Assembly (NCBI GenBank): GCA_050175015.1
Contig: JBFXJJ010000005.1
Location: 64,001-128,000, forward strand
Source of the DNA: Alphaproteobacteria bacterium
GTDB taxonomy: Bacteria; Pseudomonadota; Alphaproteobacteria; JBFXJJ01
Direction of reading: 5' to 3'
Length of the DNA stretch: 64,000 bases
Of the stretch, positions 17,465-26,911 are shown piece after piece (within the stretch, counting starts at the first letter, position 1; each line of letters begins with the position of its first letter). Under the pieces are notes generated by a model, which did not search any database, was not told where the DNA came from, and saw nothing but the letters and a program-made list of their open reading frames with translations. The translations under genes and the position numbers were made by a program.

Positions 17465-17801
17465 CTGGGTATCAGAAAATTGGAAGTTAATATCATCATT
17501 TCTTACTTTTGGCAGCTTTTGCATAGCATTTTACTTAAAAGCAAAATTTGCCACAAAAGAAGAAGTTTCAAATTTGGATAAAAGAGTATCTAAAATTGAA
17601 AATAGAGTTGCAGCAAATGAAGAAAAAATAGAGCAAATGCCGAGCCGAGATGATTTACATAAGCAAGAAATTATGATTGAGCGAATGTCGGGCAAAATAG
17701 ATTCAATGGCTGTCAAAATGCAGGGTATTGAAGAAATTTCAAAACGTCAAGAGAAGGTAATTTCAAGGGTTGAAGATTACTTATTGAATAAAAAGGAATA
17801 G
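17457..17801 (+). CDS. DUF2730 / Mu gp25-like membrane-anchored coiled-coil protein
   Basis: N-terminal TM, coiled coil, PS.DDLH, EDYLL end; synteny. Confidence 0.75.
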   Translation: MFNWVSENWKLISSFLTFGSFCIAFYLKAKFATKEEVSNLDKRVSKIENRVAANEEKIEQMPSRDDLHKQEIMIERMSGKIDSMAVKMQGIEEISKRQEKVISRVEDYLLNKKE

Positions 17802-17803
17802 GT

Positions 17804-18103
17804 ATGGAATACGCAAAATATATAGTAGAAGATAGGCGTTTAGTAATCTTGCGTTTTTTAGCTGAAGACAACGATTATCGATTGAATGACAGTATATTAC
17901 AAACAGCGTTAAACCAAGTAGGTCATAATGTAAGTCGTGATGTTTTGCGTTCGGAGCTTGCTTGGTTAGAGGAACAAGGGCTTGTAAAAGTAGAGGTTGT
18001 TTTAGATCATATACATGTTGCAGAGCTGACCACACGTGGTCTTGATGTTGCAGAAGGTCGTTCAAAAATTCCAGGTATTAAAAGACCAGGACCGAAAGGT
18101 TAG
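17804..18103 (+). CDS. Mu gp26-like protein
   Basis: EDRRLVILRFL, LAWLEEQGLV, LT.RGLDVA.G....PGIKRPGP. Confidence 0.85.
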   Translation: MEYAKYIVEDRRLVILRFLAEDNDYRLNDSILQTALNQVGHNVSRDVLRSELAWLEEQGLVKVEVVLDHIHVAELTTRGLDVAEGRSKIPGIKRPGPKG

Positions 18104-18107
18104 GCAA

Positions 18108-18668
18108 ATGAGACAATCAAGCATTACTAAATTACCTCCAAAGATAAAAAAAGAGCTAAACAGAATATTAGCTGATGGCTCTCTTACTCTTGATATGATT
18201 GTTGAACATCTCAAGAAATTAGGAGCTGAAGTTTCACGTTCAGCGGTTCATCGCTATGCCCAAAATTATGAAGAAGTGAGATCTAGTTTAAGGCAAAGCC
18301 GAGAAGTTGTTGATGCTTTGGTTGCTGATTTAGGACCTGATGCCACAGATAGTAAACAAGGGCGCATATTAGTAGAGATGCTTAGAACCCTTGCTTATGA
18401 TGTAATATCTAAGCAGATGACAGGCTCCGAAGAACCAATTAAAAAACAAGATTTTTTCTTTTTGGCAAAATCTATGAAAGAGTTAGCTCAGGCGAATAGA
18501 TTAGATCAAGATTTTGAACAAAAAATAAGAGAACAGATAGAAAAAGAAACAACAGAAAAGGCCGTAAAAGCTGCTGAAACCGCATGCAAAAAACAAGGAC
18601 TTAATAAAGAACAAGCAGCCTTCATCCGTGCTGAGATTTTAGGCATTGAGGTTAAAAATGACAGCTGA
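18108..18668 (+). CDS. DUF3486 / Mu gp27-like putative small terminase
   Basis: SSITKLPP, VSRSAVHRY, IRAEILGI end; precedes the large terminase. Confidence 0.8.
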   Translation: MRQSSITKLPPKIKKELNRILADGSLTLDMIVEHLKKLGAEVSRSAVHRYAQNYEEVRSSLRQSREVVDALVADLGPDATDSKQGRILVEMLRTLAYDVISKQMTGSEEPIKKQDFFFLAKSMKELAQANRLDQDFEQKIREQIEKETTEKAVKAAETACKKQGLNKEQAAFIRAEILGIEVKNDS

Positions 18669-20280
18669 GCCTCAAATAATCAGATCAAAACTTTCTAAGG
18701 AGGAGGAGAAAGCAGCTTTAGACCTTGTTGATGAAATACAATCGACAAGGGCTTTACAAATTAGTGATAAAGAAGTTCCTAAGGTTTTATTGCCATATCA
18801 AATCAAATGGCATTCCGATAAATCTGCAATAAGAATTTGTGAAAAATCAAGGCGCATAGGTTTTTCTTGGGGAGCACTTGCTGCGGAGGCTGCTCTTGAG
18901 GCAGCTAGTACTAAAGAAGCTGGAGGAATGGACCAGTTTTATATGGGTTATAATATGAGAATGGCGGCCGAGTTTATCGGCGATTGTGCCTTTTTTGCGA
19001 AGGCTTATGGTTTTGCTATTTCTGCGACGGAAGTTTGGAAAGAAACCGTAATTATAGAAAATGAACGGCGTGATATTGTTACGTATAAAATTGAAATGGC
19101 TTCAGGTCATAAGATTGAGGCTCTTTCTTCTAATCCTCACAACTGGCGTTCACGCCAAGGACACGCTCGTATTGATGAAGCAGCTTTTCACAGAGGATTG
19201 TTTGAAGTTGTCAAAGGAGCTTTAGCTTTTAAGATGTGGGGCGGTCGAATAGATATTGTTTCAACTCACAACGGAGAAGATAACGATTTTAATGCTTACA
19301 TCAAAGATGTCAAAGCAGGCAAATTGCCCTGGTCGTTACATAGAGTTACTTTTGATGATGCTCTAAAAGATGGTTTTTATGAGAGAGTTTGTCTTGTGAA
19401 AGGCTTAGAATATTCAAAAAAAGCTGAAGAAGAATACCGAGAAGCTATATATGCTGATTATCCTAGCTCTGATGACGCAGCCGAAGAACTGGATTGTCGT
19501 CCTAAGAGAGGTTCTGGGGCATATTTTACTAGAATGTTGATAGAACATTGCCAAAAAGATGGCATTCCGATATTGAGGTACTCAAAACCAGCAGAATTTG
19601 TCGTTGATATTAATCGCCAAAAAATAACGCAAGACTGGATTAATGATGTATTAAAGCCAGTTATAGACAATTTGCCGCCAAGCAAAAGAACTGTTTTTGG
19701 TATGGACTTTGGTAGAGATGGCGATTTGTCAGTTGTTTGGGTGCTCCAATGTGAAAATAAAATGCTTTGGAAGACTGCTTTTGTCGTTGAGCTTAGGACT
19801 ATTCCCTTTGATATTCAGTGGCAAATAACAAAATATGTAATGAAAAATTTGCCATTGTTCCACCATGTCAAATTTGATGCCCGAGGAAACGGACAAGAAC
19901 ATGCAGAGAAAGCCTTGCAGGCATTTGGCTCTAATTATGTTGATTGCGTGATGTTAACACAGGCTTGGTATGCCGAATGGTTTCCTAAATATCACTCAGC
20001 TTATGAAAATAAAGAAATCATAGTGCCAAAAAGCGAAGACATAATCGCAGATCACAGGAATGTGATTTTAAAAAATGGCAAGCCAGGAATGGGTGATACT
20101 AGAACTAAAGGCTCTGACGGAGGTTTTAGGCACGGTGATAGTGCTGTTGCTGGACTTTTAGCATGGGCTGCAGCAAGAACCGAAGGTGAGCCAGCAGCGG
20201 GGCAAAGCATAGATAATGATAAAAGCTATATAAGAGAAAATAACTCTCCACTATTTAGGAGGAATACTAATGTTTGGTAA
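18658..20280 (+). CDS. Terminase large subunit (Mu gp28-like)
   Basis: LLPYQ, EKSRRIG, IDEAAFH, STHNG, GMDFGR..DLSV, DARGNG, HGD. Confidence 0.95.
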   Translation: MTAEPQIIRSKLSKEEEKAALDLVDEIQSTRALQISDKEVPKVLLPYQIKWHSDKSAIRICEKSRRIGFSWGALAAEAALEAASTKEAGGMDQFYMGYNMRMAAEFIGDCAFFAKAYGFAISATEVWKETVIIENERRDIVTYKIEMASGHKIEALSSNPHNWRSRQGHARIDEAAFHRGLFEVVKGALAFKMWGGRIDIVSTHNGEDNDFNAYIKDVKAGKLPWSLHRVTFDDALKDGFYERVCLVKGLEYSKKAEEEYREAIYADYPSSDDAAEELDCRPKRGSGAYFTRMLIEHCQKDGIPILRYSKPAEFVVDINRQKITQDWINDVLKPVIDNLPPSKRTVFGMDFGRDGDLSVVWVLQCENKMLWKTAFVVELRTIPFDIQWQITKYVMKNLPLFHHVKFDARGNGQEHAEKALQAFGSNYVDCVMLTQAWYAEWFPKYHSAYENKEIIVPKSEDIIADHRNVILKNGKPGMGDTRTKGSDGGFRHGDSAVAGLLAWAAARTEGEPAAGQSIDNDKSYIRENNSPLFRRNTNVW

Positions 20281-21658
20281 AAAGAAAGTTGAAATCGTTA
20301 AAGAAGAAAAATTTCAAGAAGCTACAGGAAAATCTATTGATAATGAGGACGGGTGGCGTAAATTAACGGGTAATAATGCCAGGGATTTAACATCGTTAAC
20401 TCAATATAGAATGCAGGAGTTAGCGGTTTATTTATGGAAAACTAACCCTCTGGCAAACAGGTTAATCGAGCTGCCAATAATTTATTTGCTAGCTGATGGT
20501 GTGAAAGTAAGTGCAAAAGATGATGAAGCCAATCAATGGTTAAAATCTTTTTGGAAAGATCCGATTAACCAAATGGATATTAAACTTCCCAAAAAGGTGC
20601 GTGAAATGGCTCTATTCGGTGAACAATGCTGGCCTGTGTTTGCAAACAACATCAACGGTCATATAAGACTTGGTTATCTTGATCCAGGAGATATTGAAAC
20701 CGTTGTAACAGATCCCGACAACATTGAGCAAGCAATCGGAATTATTACTAAAAAGGATAGAAAAGGCATAGCTAAAAGATACAGGATTATTATTAATGGT
20801 GATGAAAATGTATTTACAGAGCGAACTCAGGAAATAAGAAAAACCTTTGATACTGGAGAATGCTTCTTCTTTAGAATTAATAACTTATCTAATTCCACAA
20901 GAGGTCATTCTGATATGCTTTCAACCATTGATTGGCTTGATGCTTATGATCAATCATTGTATGGAGAGCTTAATCGATGGAATATGTTGCGTTCTTTTAT
21001 TTGGGACGTAAAGATGACCGGAGCTACAAAGGAAGATGTGGAAGCAAGGGCCAAAGAAATTACTGTTCCAAAAGAAGCTGGAGTACGTGTGCATAATGAT
21101 GCTGAAGAATGGGCAGCGGTTACTCCAGATTTAAAAGCAGTTGATGGCACTAGCTTTTCTAGAATGTTTCGTAATCATATTTTGGGTGGCCGTACTATTC
21201 CGGAACATTGGTTTGGTGGTGGTGGTGATGTTAATAGAGCGACGGCGACAGCAATGGGAGACCCCACCTTAAAGGCAATGACTTTTAGGCAGAATGAATG
21301 GTTATATATTTTAGAATGTGTTTGTGATTTTGCTATTCGCAGCAGATTGCGTGCAATAGGATTAGAAAACATGGCTGATGAACCAGATTTTAAAGCTAAT
21401 GTAGTATTCCCAGAACTTGATCAAAAAGATGTGACCGTCTATGCAACCGCTTTTCAGCAAATTGTCATAGCCCTAGGAAGTGCTATAGATAGAAAGCTCC
21501 TAACTAAGGAAACGGCTGTAAATTTACTTGCTATATTGGTAGCAGGTTTAGGCTTAAAAATAGATCCAGAAGAAGAACTTGAAAATGTTCTAAATGCAGA
21601 AAAAGAAGAAGAAACAAAAGATATTATGCCCAATATTGATGATGAAGAAGCCGCATGA
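20270..21658 (+). CDS. Portal protein
   Basis: Size and position between terminase and MuF; IPEHWFG...NRATA motif. Confidence 0.8.
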   Translation: MFGKKKVEIVKEEKFQEATGKSIDNEDGWRKLTGNNARDLTSLTQYRMQELAVYLWKTNPLANRLIELPIIYLLADGVKVSAKDDEANQWLKSFWKDPINQMDIKLPKKVREMALFGEQCWPVFANNINGHIRLGYLDPGDIETVVTDPDNIEQAIGIITKKDRKGIAKRYRIIINGDENVFTERTQEIRKTFDTGECFFFRINNLSNSTRGHSDMLSTIDWLDAYDQSLYGELNRWNMLRSFIWDVKMTGATKEDVEARAKEITVPKEAGVRVHNDAEEWAAVTPDLKAVDGTSFSRMFRNHILGGRTIPEHWFGGGGDVNRATATAMGDPTLKAMTFRQNEWLYILECVCDFAIRSRLRAIGLENMADEPDFKANVVFPELDQKDVTVYATAFQQIVIALGSAIDRKLLTKETAVNLLAILVAGLGLKIDPEEELENVLNAEKEEETKDIMPNIDDEEAA

Positions 21659-23004
21659 GCAAAAGCGATTTTGAAAAAGAAGCAAAAAAAGAGCTGAAAA
21701 AGAAAAAAACTATTCAGAAAGATACTGAACAAGAAGTTTTTAGATTGCTTCAGGAAGCAAACAAAGAAATCACAGCAACGCTAGCTGGAGCTCCAACTGA
21801 TTATCAGCAATGGTCATTAAGTAATTTGCAGAAATCTATTGCTGTTGTTACTGACGAACTCGGAGAAAACTTGGCAAGTTCAGCTACTAAAGGAGCTAGT
21901 GATTCCTGGAATGCTGGAATTGGTTTGGTTGATAATTCAATTAATGCGGCAACTGGTATAAATTTGGCTGCTAATTTGCAACAAATTGACACTAAGCAGT
22001 TGATGTCGATGAGAACCTTTTTAACGGATCGTATGAAAGATGTCAGTAAACAAGCAGCTCAACGCATTAACAGCAATTTGGGGCTGGTAATGATAGGTGC
22101 TAAAACACCATTTGAAGCTGTTTCTAATGTAAAGACAATTTTAAATGATAAAGCAGGCTCTAGAGCAAGGACAATATTAAATACTGAACTAGGGCGAGCA
22201 TATTCGTGTGCTTGCCAAGAACGAATGGCTGATGCAGCTGAAGCTATCCCTAAGCTAAAAAAGCAATGGAGGCGTTCTGGACGTGTTAACAGCAGACATG
22301 ATCACGATCTTGCTGATGGACAGGTCGTTGATGTTGATAAGCCCTTTATTGTAGGTGGACATGAGTTAATGTATCCAAGGGATCCTAAAGCTCCAGCATC
22401 ACAAACAGTTAATTGTGGGTGTGTTGCTTTGCCATATATGGAAGATTGGGAGATGGCTCACCCAAAGAATAAGCCGTTTAGCGATGAAGAGCTTTTCAAA
22501 AGCCAAGAAAAAAGAGAGGTTAAAGGCGTTAGAGCTGATTCTTTTGCTAATTGGGCAGAAAGAATAACAAGCGGTAAATTAAATGCCGCAGGTAATTCTG
22601 AAACAATCGGGCAAATACCTAGTTCTGTTAAATCTTTTTTAATTCGTAAAAATGTTGATTTAAAAAGCTTTGATGTTGGTGTATCTGACAAGCAGATTTT
22701 GCATATGGCAAGATCAGCTAAAGCAAAAAGAGGAGCCGCTCTTTCTATGTCTGATATAAAAAATATACCAGAACATATTGATCACCCTAAGGCTATTTTG
22801 TGGGATAAGAGATCAAAAGATCCGTCTTTGGTCTATATTTTTGATATTAAAGACAGTAATAAATTTGGAAAACTGGCAGTAAAACTTAATGACAAAGAAA
22901 AGCGTAATAAACCAAGCAAGCATAATTGGATAGCAACCGGCGGGAAAGTTGAGCATACTAATATTAGATCTGATGTTTATGAGGTAATTGTAGGAGAAAT
23001 ATAG
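21655..23004 (+). CDS. MuF/SPP1 gp7-like head morphogenesis protein with C-terminal putative PBECR-like nuclease extension
   Basis: RARTILNTE, KQW, R.DH..ADGQVV, YPRDP...NCGC MuF motifs, followed by ~180 extra aa (H..R..K.KRG, P.AILWD, LVY.F). Confidence 0.75.
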   Translation: MSKSDFEKEAKKELKKKKTIQKDTEQEVFRLLQEANKEITATLAGAPTDYQQWSLSNLQKSIAVVTDELGENLASSATKGASDSWNAGIGLVDNSINAATGINLAANLQQIDTKQLMSMRTFLTDRMKDVSKQAAQRINSNLGLVMIGAKTPFEAVSNVKTILNDKAGSRARTILNTELGRAYSCACQERMADAAEAIPKLKKQWRRSGRVNSRHDHDLADGQVVDVDKPFIVGGHELMYPRDPKAPASQTVNCGCVALPYMEDWEMAHPKNKPFSDEELFKSQEKREVKGVRADSFANWAERITSGKLNAAGNSETIGQIPSSVKSFLIRKNVDLKSFDVGVSDKQILHMARSAKAKRGAALSMSDIKNIPEHIDHPKAILWDKRSKDPSLVYIFDIKDSNKFGKLAVKLNDKEKRNKPSKHNWIATGGKVEHTNIRSDVYEVIVGEI

Positions 23005-23123
23005 TCGTTATGGGGGGACGCAACCCCTTAACCCGATCAGCCTGTATAATTGCTTATACTACTGCCTGCGACCATTAACGGCTGCAGTGTTGAACCCGAC
23101 TTCTCAACGTGCATAACGACTAT
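23001..23123 (-). ncRNA. Putative tRNA-like cloverleaf RNA convergent with the MuF gene
   Basis: Perfect 12-bp closing stem (23001-23012/23112-23123) enclosing four hairpins; GCAA tetraloop and G-U pairs favour the minus strand; promoter directly upstream. Confidence 0.7.
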
Positions 23124-23130
23124 TGATATA

Positions 23131-23159
23131 ATTATATATTATAAAACAAAAAATGTCGA
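23131..23159 (-). promoter_or_regulatory. Sigma70 promoter for the tRNA-like RNA
   Basis: Minus strand TCGACA (23159-23154), 17 nt, TATAAT (23136-23131); predicted +1 about 23124, at the base of the closing stem. Confidence 0.75.
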
Positions 23160-23311
23160 GCCTCTAAAAAACGCACACACAAGCTTGTTATTATAAAAAG
23201 GCTATGTTATATCATTTTTAATTAAGTTTCGCATATAAATACGTTTAATACCCGTTTAACGGCGATATTTTAATCTTATATTAATCGTATAAATTCAATT
23301 CCAAAAAAATC

Positions 23312-23381
23312 TAAAACATAAAATAAGGGTTTACCCCTGACATTTGACACACTTATTTTACAATAATTGTTATTTCATAAT
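23312..23381 (+). promoter_or_regulatory. Putative late (head/tail) promoter
   Basis: Second copy of TAAAACATAA(A/T)ATAAGGGTTTACCCCTGACATTT; CATAAT at the same offset as in the lysis copy. Confidence 0.7.
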
Positions 23382-23422
23382 CGTTCTGTCAGTTGATCTT
23401 AATTTTGCTGAAAGGACGGGAA

Positions 23423-23692
23423 ATGTCAAAAAATACTGATGAAACCAAAAAAACTGAAACTGTAGAAGAAAACAAGTTTGATCTTACCAAAGATGATCTG
23501 AAGCTGTTTGATTTTGTAAAAGTCGCAGTTGTCAAAACAGAAAAAGACGACAAGGGTAAGCTTGTAAAAAAAGTTTACAACGTGCCTTTGACGTTAGAGC
23601 TAATTTTTTCCTTTAAAGAATTAGGGGAAGATATTGTTATTGTTACGATTGATGGCAAAAAATACAAGGCTAAAAAACAGGTGAGAAAATGA
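23423..23692 (+). CDS. Small Lys-rich phage protein preceding the capsid gene
   Basis: ATG 23423 after AAGGA; ATGA overlap with the capsid gene. Confidence 0.7.
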   Translation: MSKNTDETKKTETVEENKFDLTKDDLKLFDFVKVAVVKTEKDDKGKLVKKVYNVPLTLELIFSFKELGEDIVIVTIDGKKYKAKKQVRK

Positions 23693-25704
23693 AAAAAAGC
23701 TGTTTTTTAGAAGCCAAAACAAATGATAAAGCTGGGGCTTCAAGCTTTTTAATAAGAGTTATCAAGGCAGGATTATCGGGCAATAAAAATTATTATTCTG
23801 ACGCCCTGCTTAAAGAAGCAGTTTCTATGTTTGATAACATTAGAGTGTTTGAAAAATCTGATGCAGAACACTTAAAATCTGCGGGCAAAGACGTCCGCAA
23901 TCTTATTGGACGTCTAACTAATCCAAAATTTATTGAAGGAACAGCAAAAGATGCAGGAGAAATTCAAGCAACTTTTGAACTTCTTCAACCTAATGGTGAT
24001 GTTGCAATTAAATTGAGGGAAGCCTTTGAACGCAATATGACTGATTTGTTTGGCTTTTCTATCGATGCAGATGCTCTTGCTCGCACAAAATCCTTAAACG
24101 GACAGAGAATAAGAGAAGCAGCCAAGTTTAAAAAAATTAATTCCGTTGACCTTATTGTCGAGCCTGGAGCTGGTGGCGGCATTGTCAACTTTATTGAAGC
24201 ACAAAATGAAGAGGAACAAGATATTATGAAAAAAGCTGATATCATTAAATTGTTAGAAGCAAAAAGCCCAAATGTCTTAAAAGGGAAAGACATCGAGGCC
24301 TTAACAGATGAAGAAGTTAATACATTGTTGACAGAGGCTCTTTCTTCAGAGAAAGAACCTGAAAATAAAAGCAATGAAACAGAGCAGAAAACTGAGAATT
24401 TTCAAGAAGCATTAAGTGATGCAGTTAATGACGCTGTTAAAATGATTGAAGCAAAAGCTTCTATGAAAGAGCTGATTGCTGATAGTACGCTTCCTAAAGA
24501 AGCTAAGGAAAAACTCCGCAAGCAATTTTCTAGTATGGAAAAGTTTACCGAAGCTCAGGTTGAACAAGCTATTAAAGATGAACGTGAGTATCTTTCCAAG
24601 TTTACCGAAGCTGGTAAAATTTCAGGTCTTGGAGACACTGCTGTTACCAAAGATCAGTTTGAAAAAACCTCTGATCGATTAGACGCCTTTTTTGATGTTG
24701 AACATAAAGAACACCGTCATGCTTTATCATTTAAGGAAGCTTATATTGACATTACGGGTGATAAAAAGGTTACGGGACGTTTTTCTGATTGTTCTCAAGC
24801 TAGATTAACTGAAGCATTAAATTCATCATCTTTTGATGATGCTCTTGGGAACGCAATCACCAGAAGACTTATTGCTGATTATCGTCAAGCATCACAATAT
24901 GATATTTGGAAAAAACTCATTGGATCTCCTGTTCCTGTAAATGATTTTAGATCACAGGAAAGAGTAAGAATTGGTGGTTATGGCGATGTCCCTGCCGTTA
25001 CTGAAGGCGCTGATTATTCAGCTCTAACATCACCTTCAGATGAAAAGTCAACATATGCCGTTTCTAAACGAGGCGGATTAGAGACAATTACGCTTGAAAT
25101 GATTAAAAACGATGATGTTGGAGCTATCCGCCAAATTCCAACAAAATTATCAAGAGCTGCAAAAAGAACTTTATGCAAGTTCGCATTAGATTTTATTAAG
25201 GATAATCCAGCTATTTATGATGGCGTTAACCTGTTTCATGCAGATCATGGCAATTTAGGATCTGAAGCTTTAACTAAAACAGCTTTGGCAGCTGGCAGAC
25301 TAGCAATGTTAAAACAAGCTGAAGCTGGTTCAAACGAGCCATTAGGCATAGGTCCCAAATGTATTTTTGTAAGTCCCGATAATGAAGAAACAGCGGTTGA
25401 TTTGTTCAGAAGAAACACAGAAAACGACAAAAATTTTGTTCAGTCATTATCATTAGAAGTTGTGCCTGTTTTTTATTGGACTGATGTTAACGATTGGGTG
25501 CTAACCGCGGATCCATTAGATCTTCCTTTTATGGAATTAGGCTTTTTAGACGGTCAAGAAGAACCAGAGATCTTTGTCCAGGATAATCCAACCTCAGGTT
25601 CGATGTTTAGTGCAGATAAGATTACATACAAATTGCGTCATATCTACGGAGGTTCAATCTTAGATTATCGTGGCTTATTTAAAAGTGTTGTAGCCAACTC
25701 TTAA
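23689..25704 (+). CDS. Fused head maturation protease/scaffold + major capsid protein
   Basis: N-terminal protease-like region (GLS.N..YY, H, GFSIDA, SVDLIVEPGAGG), charged linker, C-terminal Mu gpT-like capsid (IKNDDVGAI, LFHADHGNL, YKLRH.YG...DYRG). Confidence 0.85.
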   Translation: MKKSCFLEAKTNDKAGASSFLIRVIKAGLSGNKNYYSDALLKEAVSMFDNIRVFEKSDAEHLKSAGKDVRNLIGRLTNPKFIEGTAKDAGEIQATFELLQPNGDVAIKLREAFERNMTDLFGFSIDADALARTKSLNGQRIREAAKFKKINSVDLIVEPGAGGGIVNFIEAQNEEEQDIMKKADIIKLLEAKSPNVLKGKDIEALTDEEVNTLLTEALSSEKEPENKSNETEQKTENFQEALSDAVNDAVKMIEAKASMKELIADSTLPKEAKEKLRKQFSSMEKFTEAQVEQAIKDEREYLSKFTEAGKISGLGDTAVTKDQFEKTSDRLDAFFDVEHKEHRHALSFKEAYIDITGDKKVTGRFSDCSQARLTEALNSSSFDDALGNAITRRLIADYRQASQYDIWKKLIGSPVPVNDFRSQERVRIGGYGDVPAVTEGADYSALTSPSDEKSTYAVSKRGGLETITLEMIKNDDVGAIRQIPTKLSRAAKRTLCKFALDFIKDNPAIYDGVNLFHADHGNLGSEALTKTALAAGRLAMLKQAEAGSNEPLGIGPKCIFVSPDNEETAVDLFRRNTENDKNFVQSLSLEVVPVFYWTDVNDWVLTADPLDLPFMELGFLDGQEEPEIFVQDNPTSGSMFSADKITYKLRHIYGGSILDYRGLFKSVVANS

Positions 25705-25730
25705 GTGTGCATTTAACGAGGTTTAAAGGT

Positions 25731-26405
25731 ATGTTAGACGATTATCAAAAATTAGTTACGGCTCTTGTTAGAGACCAAGATGATTTGTTATCTGAAGATG
25801 ACATTAATCTTGCAATAGGGTTTGCTATAACTAGATATTCGTCTGACAGACCAAAAACTGAACTGTCTGAGCAAGAAGTTAATAATAACATTACTGATTT
25901 GCCAGATAACTGGATTGCTAATTTTTCAAGAGTTGCAGGCGTTGAATATCCCGCAGGTCTTGTGCCACCTTCTTTTATACCTATTGCCAGAACTTCAATA
26001 TATGAAGGTCTTAGCGGTCAAAAAATAATGCTAAGTGGTATAAATGATGGCTCTATTGTTAGGTTGCATTATACATCGCTTCATAAAGTAACTGAAACGA
26101 TTGATACAATAACAATCTCTGACAGGGAAGCTGTTGCAAATTGGGCGGCGGCCTTGTTGCTTGATCAATTAGCGAATTCTTTCGCAGGTGATACGTATTC
26201 AACAATACAAGCTGATACTATTGATCATGCTAATAAGAGCAGAGATTATGGCAGTAGAGCTAAGTATTGTCGTAGTAACTATTTTAATCACCTAGGAATT
26301 GATAATAAACGCAATGCAGCAGCAGGAACAGTTGTAACAATTCAATCAACTGATAGTGTGGGCTGTGACCGTCTTCTTCATTATCAAAATAGGAGGCGAC
26401 CATGA
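25731..26405 (+). CDS. Putative head-tail connector protein
   Basis: Position after the capsid gene; start at ATG 25731. Confidence 0.6.
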   Translation: MLDDYQKLVTALVRDQDDLLSEDDINLAIGFAITRYSSDRPKTELSEQEVNNNITDLPDNWIANFSRVAGVEYPAGLVPPSFIPIARTSIYEGLSGQKIMLSGINDGSIVRLHYTSLHKVTETIDTITISDREAVANWAAALLLDQLANSFAGDTYSTIQADTIDHANKSRDYGSRAKYCRSNYFNHLGIDNKRNAAAGTVVTIQSTDSVGCDRLLHYQNRRRP

Positions 26406-26911
26406 GTGATGTTATAAATCTAGAAATACAGCGTCAAAACTGGGAGAAGTTTTCCAAAGCTTTAGCAAAATCTCCTGAGGAAATAGGCAAACAGTTAGCT
26501 GCTGCTATATGGCAAGCAGAAATGCTTTTGCAAAGAGAGACTGTTGAAAAAACGCCGACAGGAGTTTCTAGGGGGGCAGGCTTAAGAGCAAGCATAATAT
26601 CTGAAAAACCACAAATTATGTCTGATCAAATTATTGGCTCTGTCGGAACTTCTTTAAATTATGCAGTACCAGTAGAACTTGGGACTAAACCTCACCGCCC
26701 TCCTGTAGCGCCGATTATGGAATGGGCTAAATATAAACTTGGAGTAACTGAGCCTGAGGCGATAAGAATTGGTTATGCTATTGCAAACAAAATAGCAAAA
26801 AAAGGGACGGAAGGATCTTTTATGTTTAAACAAGCTTTTGAGAAGAATCAAAAGCAAGTAGATGCCCTATTAAATAAGGCATTAAATAAGGTTTTAAGAG
26901 GGCTTGAATGA
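26402..26911 (+). CDS. HK97 gp10 / virion morphogenesis family protein
   Basis: TP.G....LRASI, YAVPVELGTKPH.PP, IAKKGT....MF. Confidence 0.8.
   Translation: MSDVINLEIQRQNWEKFSKALAKSPEEIGKQLAAAIWQAEMLLQRETVEKTPTGVSRGAGLRASIISEKPQIMSDQIIGSVGTSLNYAVPVELGTKPHRPPVAPIMEWAKYKLGVTEPEAIRIGYAIANKIAKKGTEGSFMFKQAFEKNQKQVDALLNKALNKVLRGLE

Noticed and set aside
23001-23123. Canonical or suppressor tRNA, or simple terminator
   Set aside because: No TTCRA T-loop, no 7-nt anticodon loop, no CCA and a 12-bp closing stem; the multibranch interior and dedicated promoter do not fit a terminator. Kept as a tRNA-like ncRNA.
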